Shown: positions 59,744 through 64,000 of the stretch, in pieces
Position numbering within the stretch: the stretch's first letter is position 1
Layout: each line of letters starts with the position of its first letter
Notes under the pieces: model-generated
The model's database searches: none
What the model was told of the DNA's origin: nothing
What the model saw: only the letters and a program-made list of their open reading frames with translations
Origin: an uncultured Candidatus Marinamargulisbacteria bacterium
GTDB lineage: Bacteria; Margulisbacteria; Riflemargulisbacteria; GWF2-35-9
Direction: 5' to 3'
NCBI GenBank assembly: GCA_903910705.1
Contig: CAIWAN010000104.1
Location: forward strand, 2,453-66,452
Length of the DNA stretch: 64,000 nt
Position numbers and translations under genes: made by a program

Positions 59744-61601
59744 AGAACGTCGAGCCTTGACCCTGCTTGCTTTCGACCCATATGCGGCCATCATGAAGGG
59801 CGATCAAGTCTCTCGAAATAGATAGGCCGAGTCCAAGTCCCGAACGGAATCCGGCTTTTCCATCGGCATCCAGTTGAATAAAACGCTCGAAGATCTTGTC
59901 GACATTCGTCGCCTCAATGCCGATGCCGGTGTCTGAGATCTGGGTGATGATCTTATTCTTTTCAGTAGTGAACTTAATCGTCACATTCCCTTTTTCGGTA
60001 AAATGAATGGCATTATGAATGACGTTTAAAAAGGCACGGTGAATTTTTTCTCGGTCGGCTTGAATGCTCGGAAGATTGGTTGAGTTGTCGAAAAAAAGAT
60101 CAATGTTTTTTATCGCCGCTTGGGGCCTAAAGCTTTCGAGGATTTCCCCGACCAACGATTTGAGGCTGACCTCTTCAAATTGAATGGAGATCTTGTTGGC
60201 GGTAATGAGCGTGAACTCCAACAGGTCGTTGATAAGGCGACTCAGGTGAAGCCCCTCATCTAAAATGATCTTTATGTAATTTTTTTGGTCATCATTGAGG
60301 CTTCCTCGGCGTTCGTTGGAGAGCGTCTCGGTAAAGCCGAGAATGGTTGTAAGGGGTGTTTTAAGCTCATGTGAAATGGTTCGCATGAAGCCTGATTTTA
60401 GGTTTTCCAGCTCTTTTTCTTTCGTAATGTCTCGGATCAAGGTGATGATCCCAATGATGTTGCCTTTGGAGTCGGTGGAGAGCGAACTCCTTAAGTGAAG
60501 GTAATTGGACTGACGATCGGGATGGGTGAGCGTGAGTTCTTTGCTGATGAAACGAACTTTTTTAAGAATAATATGATGGATATCTTGAATATAGGATTTA
60601 TCTAACAGAACATCGAACAAGGAGGCGCCAATGACACTCTTTTCGATCCCTAAAAGGGTTTTAGCGCTAGTATTGATCATCAGAACGGTGTGACTAATAT
60701 TGCTGACGAGAATACCTTCTTCAAGGTTTTCGATCAGCGCATTGAGTTTTTCTTTTTCTTGATGAAGCATATAGTTTGAGTGAAAAAGTTCTTTATTGCT
60801 TGTGTAAAGCTCTTCGGTTCGCGATTTTATTTTCTCTTCGAGTTGGTCGTTTAGCCCCTCCACTTCATGGGTTGTCGAAGAAAGTTCGTGGATGATCGCA
60901 TCAAAGATATAGATCTCGATAAGCAAGTAGCCCAAAATGAGCAGAAGGTTGTACACCATAATGAATCGGATCAAAAAGGGGAAAAGGATCGAAAGGCTTT
61001 GAAACGTATTGGCAACCCAAAGACTAGCAATGGCTGATTTTAAATACGGGTCTGCTTTCTTTCGGCTAATAACGAAGAAAACGCCGGTCAAGATGAGGCT
61101 TGCGATATAGCCTCCCAATTGAGCCCAATTTGTGTCCAACAGCCATCGTTCGGCTAGTGGAGAGGTCCAAGGGAGTGCCATGAAGAGAATCACGAGCAGG
61201 ATGTAGCCGCCAAGAACCATGAAAAGGGTGTTAACAATTCGACGAACGATAGCGTGATGGGTAACCGCGATGATCAAGGTGGCCGCAAGGATCGTTTGAG
61301 CGGTGACTTCGATGACTCGGATAATGAAACTGAATACAGGCAACCATCGAGTCGGCAGAAAAACGCTACGTTTCGCAAGATAGAGGAAGATAAAAAATAG
61401 CCCCACATTGAGGATAATGGTGATAAACCCCACAAACAACACATAGAAGCGATCTTTAATATGAGGACTTGCGGGTAACTTCTTTAGACTAAAATAGGTT
61501 GAGAAGAGGATGAGCACAGAAAGAAGCGCCACAATAAAGAATTGGTAAAGCTGACCGATCGAAACGGCGGTCAAGGAGAGATAGGTAAATAAATCGATCA
61601 T
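59718..61601 (-). CDS. sensor histidine kinase with polytopic (about 7-8 TM) N-terminal sensor, PAS, HisKA and HATPase_c domains
   Basis: H-box ISHELKTPLTTILGF. N and G boxes in the C-terminal ATPase (GLGLGLSISRDL). Long multi-TM N-terminus. Confidence 0.8.
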   Translation of the reverse strand: MIDLFTYLSLTAVSIGQLYQFFIVALLSVLILFSTYFSLKKLPASPHIKDRFYVLFVGFITIILNVGLFFIFLYLAKRSVFLPTRWLPVFSFIIRVIEVTAQTILAATLIIAVTHHAIVRRIVNTLFMVLGGYILLVILFMALPWTSPLAERWLLDTNWAQLGGYIASLILTGVFFVISRKKADPYLKSAIASLWVANTFQSLSILFPFLIRFIMVYNLLLILGYLLIEIYIFDAIIHELSSTTHEVEGLNDQLEEKIKSRTEELYTSNKELFHSNYMLHQEKEKLNALIENLEEGILVSNISHTVLMINTSAKTLLGIEKSVIGASLFDVLLDKSYIQDIHHIILKKVRFISKELTLTHPDRQSNYLHLRSSLSTDSKGNIIGIITLIRDITKEKELENLKSGFMRTISHELKTPLTTILGFTETLSNERRGSLNDDQKNYIKIILDEGLHLSRLINDLLEFTLITANKISIQFEEVSLKSLVGEILESFRPQAAIKNIDLFFDNSTNLPSIQADREKIHRAFLNVIHNAIHFTEKGNVTIKFTTEKNKIITQISDTGIGIEATNVDKIFERFIQLDADGKAGFRSGLGLGLSISRDLIALHDGRIWVESKQGQGSTFFIELPVSR

Positions 61602-63226
61602 GCTTTTGGTAGTGTAATGATGAAGCGAGTTCCCTTTCCGAGTTCACTTTCGACAGTGACACTACCATTATGCAAACCAATAATCGATTTGACAATACTG
61701 AGTCCGAGGCCAAGACCATCGGCATTGTTCTTATAATTGTGAAGTCGAGAGTATTTATCGAAAATAAAGGGGATCTTTTCTTTCGGAATACCGGGACCAT
61801 TATCGTCGACATAAATGAGAATGTTGTCATTTTCTTTTTTAGCATGGAGCCTGACCTGTATGCCGGTTCCGAGCTTTATGGCGTTTCCGATCAGATTCAT
61901 GAAAACTTGCTTGAGCCGGTAAAAGTCGGCCGTGATCAAAAGGTCTTCAGGTTCGACACTGCACGTGATCGTGATGTTTTTATCGCTAATGGAGGGGGTG
62001 AAGAACATTTCAAGTTCATAGAAGAAATCGCCCAGGGGAAAGAGGAATTTGTTGAGCTGGATCTTATTGGATTCGAGCCGAACGAGGTCGGACAAGTCGG
62101 CGATCATCCGTTGAAGATCTTCACTAGAGTGAAGGGCAAAGTTTAGGAGCTTTCGATGACGCTCGCCAAGGGCGTCGTTTTCTGGGCCATGAAGAACCAG
62201 ATCAAGAAAGCCTAAAATGCTGGCAAGAGGATTCTTTAGATCGTGAGAAATAGCGTTAAAGAAATCGTTTCGAAACTGGTCGATTTGCTTGACGGCCGTA
62301 ATATCTTCAATGAGATAGATAATGAGGTCAAAGGAAGTTTTTTTGTCTTGAACAAAGGCGGCTTTGATGGCCAAATAATAATCTTTTCCTTTGGAGGCAA
62401 ATTGAACATCACGAACCAAGTGAAACGGGGTCTTTTTTATTTCGTTCAAAATAGTTTTGATGGAGGTTTTCAACTCATCAAAGGCAAGGACATCAAGGAT
62501 GGATCCTAAGTATCCATTCGCTTTATTGATATGAAGCAGGTTTTTAGCATTATTATTCATTTGAATAATGTTGCCAAGGGGGTCGGTGACGAGCATCCCT
62601 TCGACAATATTATCAATGATGAGGCGACTTTTGATGGTTTCACGTTGAAGCTCTCTGGAGCGTTCTTGAAGCTCTTTGGTTCGACCACTGACGGTTTCTT
62701 CAAGTGTTGAACTGTAGTGTTTGCTGCGTTGATAGTGGAACTGGATCGAGGATAGTAAATGGTTCAAAAAGATCTTCAGTTTTTCGGTTTCCTCTCGTTC
62801 GCGGGAGATGAACACGACACAATCGAAACATGGAATGGTCATCGGGTTTCTTTTTTCTAACGATTTAATGTTGAAATACTTCTCCCAACAATTGGTTTGG
62901 TTGGCCTTGTAATACGTGCAGGGGATGTTATCGATGTGCTTTATTTTTTTCTTGGAAATTATTTTTTTAAGAGGAAGCGGTCGAATATTTAGTGGATTTT
63001 CATGGGTATATTGTTCGAGATAGTTAATCACTTCGATGATGGGTTGGATGATCCGCCGCGCCAAGAAATAGGAGGCAAGAATGAGCGGAAAACAGAGGAT
63101 CCAATAGATAAATATAAACGATCGATCGGCCTTTTCCCCTAGGATCACAAAGGCAATAATGAAGACAAAGAGAGTAATGGCCGCAAAAATTAGCGGAATT
63201 TTTAACTTTATACTAACCGAAGACAT
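61598..63226 (-). CDS. sensor histidine kinase (2 TM, Cys-rich juxtamembrane segment, PAS, HisKA, HATPase_c)
   Basis: H-box ISHDLKNPLASILGF and G box GLGLGLSIVKSIIG. Cys cluster CTYYKANQTNCWEK...CFDCVV after TM2. Overlaps the downstream histidine kinase by 4 nt. Confidence 0.8.
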   Translation of the reverse strand: MSSVSIKLKIPLIFAAITLFVFIIAFVILGEKADRSFIFIYWILCFPLILASYFLARRIIQPIIEVINYLEQYTHENPLNIRPLPLKKIISKKKIKHIDNIPCTYYKANQTNCWEKYFNIKSLEKRNPMTIPCFDCVVFISREREETEKLKIFLNHLLSSIQFHYQRSKHYSSTLEETVSGRTKELQERSRELQRETIKSRLIIDNIVEGMLVTDPLGNIIQMNNNAKNLLHINKANGYLGSILDVLAFDELKTSIKTILNEIKKTPFHLVRDVQFASKGKDYYLAIKAAFVQDKKTSFDLIIYLIEDITAVKQIDQFRNDFFNAISHDLKNPLASILGFLDLVLHGPENDALGERHRKLLNFALHSSEDLQRMIADLSDLVRLESNKIQLNKFLFPLGDFFYELEMFFTPSISDKNITITCSVEPEDLLITADFYRLKQVFMNLIGNAIKLGTGIQVRLHAKKENDNILIYVDDNGPGIPKEKIPFIFDKYSRLHNYKNNADGLGLGLSIVKSIIGLHNGSVTVESELGKGTRFIITLPKA

Positions 63227-63272
63227 ATATATTCATAATCACGGACGTGCGAACCCCTCTTCTAATGAGGTA

Positions 63273-63302
63273 TTGTACAACATCAACAATGATTGCTAGA
63301 AT
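63273..63302 (+). promoter_or_regulatory. putative sigma70 promoter for the intron-containing tRNA
   Basis: TTGTAC, 18 nt, TAGAAT, ending about 20 nt before the tRNA 5' end. Sequence inspection only. Confidence 0.3.
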
Positions 63303-63357
63303 ACATTTCGTAATTTGGAGATTCCCCGGTAGCTCAGTCGGTAGAGCAGCTGGCTGT

Positions 63358-63928
63358 GAATGAGAAAATTGGAGTTTTATCACGACGGATAAACGCAAGT
63401 ACTCGGATCGAAGGGACTATCTAATTCAAGCTGTTAAAGCAAGAAGAAAGAGAGTACGACAGTTAGCGATTGAGTATTTGGGCGGAAAGTGTTGTGCTTG
63501 TGGATATCATAAGTGTGATGATGCTTTAGAGTTTCATCATCTTGATCGTTCTAAAAAGGACTTTGGAATATCTAGTAAGGGATACACTCGAAGCTGGCAA
63601 AAAGTGAAAGAAGAGTTGGATAAATGTCTTCTTCTTTGTGCGAATTGTCATCGTGAAGAACATACAAAGTTGCAGCCCATTCGTGAAAGCGAGTGTGGAA
63701 AAATCGGGTGAACTCATGGAACCCCTAACGTAAAGACGAGGGCAATCATGAGCCAAGCTCATCGAAGGCTAAAGAGTAGATGAGAAGGTGCAGAGACTAA
63801 GGGATGAGAAAGCCAATCAATAAGCCCTACTAGCGCCCGACGCCTAAATCAGTAGACGTTTACATCCAGATGTAAAGCTGACAGGGTGATGATATAGTCC
63901 AATCTTAGGTGAAAGCTTAAGGCAATTG
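63358..63928 (+). mobile_element. group I self-splicing intron carrying an HNH endonuclease ORF
   Basis: 5' splice site follows U (CUGU|G). 3' splice site follows G (CAAUUG|UAA). J6/7-P7 AGAGACUAA paired with J8/7-P7' GAUAUAGUCC, the same consensus as Tetrahymena ACAGACUAAA / AUAUAGUC. P9 hairpin CUUAGGU-GAAA-GCUUAAG with a GNRA tetraloop. ORF inserted in the 5' peripheral region. Confidence 0.55.
63478..63711 (+). CDS. intron-encoded HNH homing endonuclease (minimal, 77 aa, TTG start)
   Basis: CCACGYHKCDDALEFHHLDRSKKDFG....CLLLCANCHREEH has the His-His...Asn...His motif flanked by two CxxC zinc-knuckle pairs. The only start in frame is TTG at 63478. Confidence 0.55.
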   Translation: MGGKCCACGYHKCDDALEFHHLDRSKKDFGISSKGYTRSWQKVKEELDKCLLLCANCHREEHTKLQPIRESECGKIG

Positions 63929-64000
63929 TAACCAGCGGGTCCGTGGTTCGAGTCCGCGCCGGGGAGCCAAATTTACGTTTATTACCGATATAAAAAGCCT

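Larger units (their letters stand above)
63323..63969 (+). tRNA. tRNA-Asn (GUU) gene interrupted in the anticodon loop by a group I intron
   Basis: 5' exon 63323-63357 (TCCCCGG T A GCTC AGTCGGTA GAGC A GCTGG CUGU). 3' exon 63929-63969 (UAA CCAGC GGGTC CGTGG TTCGAGT CCGCG CCGGGGA G CCA). Spliced product is a 76-nt cloverleaf with anticodon loop CUGUUAA, identical to the E. coli tRNA-Asn loop. The exons are separated by 571 nt. Confidence 0.6.

Noticed and set aside
63213-63398. 61-aa minus-strand ORF overlapping the tRNA-Asn 5' exon and promoter
   Set aside because: It overlaps a structured RNA gene and the 3' end of the histidine kinase. No motif. Spurious.
63526-63762. 78-aa minus-strand ORF antisense to the HNH ORF inside the intron
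   Set aside because: Antisense to the HNH-motif-bearing frame and without recognisable features. The plus-strand HNH reading frame explains the region.

Overview
This 64-kb window is mostly conserved chromosomal backbone from a diderm bacterium. I identified about 55 protein genes, two intact tRNAs and one interrupted tRNA. The window begins with gyrB-gyrA, so it probably lies near the replication origin.

Housekeeping genes recognised from hallmark motifs:
- gyrB, gyrA, ychF
- the rpsP-KH-ylqD-rimM-trmD-rplS-lepB operon
- a ClpA/C-type chaperone, hup, ssb, metG, tatD
- the yggS-sepF-proC-yggT-yggU cluster
- rluD, lspA, gap-pgk, rsmE, ftsH, pyrR, hisB, ruvB, lipA, an Lpd-like flavoprotein, lysS
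- a kinase-less PASTA protein followed by rsgA-rpe, then ribD, aroH, tyrA, nadB
- two tandem sensor histidine kinases

What stands out is a cluster of envelope and motor-like genes:
- a MotA/MotB stator pair (10089-11605) with no neighbouring flagellar genes
- about 3.3 kb downstream, an operon-like trio (14945-25059): a membrane-anchored protein combining a YscJ/FliF-type periplasmic ring-building motif with FliG middle and C-terminal domains, a second soluble FliG paralog overlapping it by 8 nt, and a 2576-aa repetitive surface protein ending in a T9SS/FlgD-Ig-type C-terminal sorting domain
- nearby, a 1664-aa signal-peptide beta-barrel outer-membrane protein, a FadL/PorV-like outer-membrane protein next to a TPR lipoprotein, and an orphan GspF/PilC-like membrane protein

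Taken together this looks like a possible non-flagellar rotary or secretion-linked surface machine.

Second highlight: the tRNA-Asn(GUU) at the end of the window is split in its anticodon loop by a roughly 571-nt group I intron. The intron has clear P7, J8/7 and P9 (GAAA tetraloop) elements, a terminal G before the 3' exon, and encodes a 77-aa HNH homing-endonuclease ORF.

Other notes:
- a thioredoxin-fold protein is paired with a ferredoxin:thioredoxin-reductase catalytic-subunit-like protein
- the SSB lacks the acidic C-terminal tail
- the histidine kinases are orphans, and one carries a Cys cluster
- no CRISPR arrays, transposases or rRNA genes were seen
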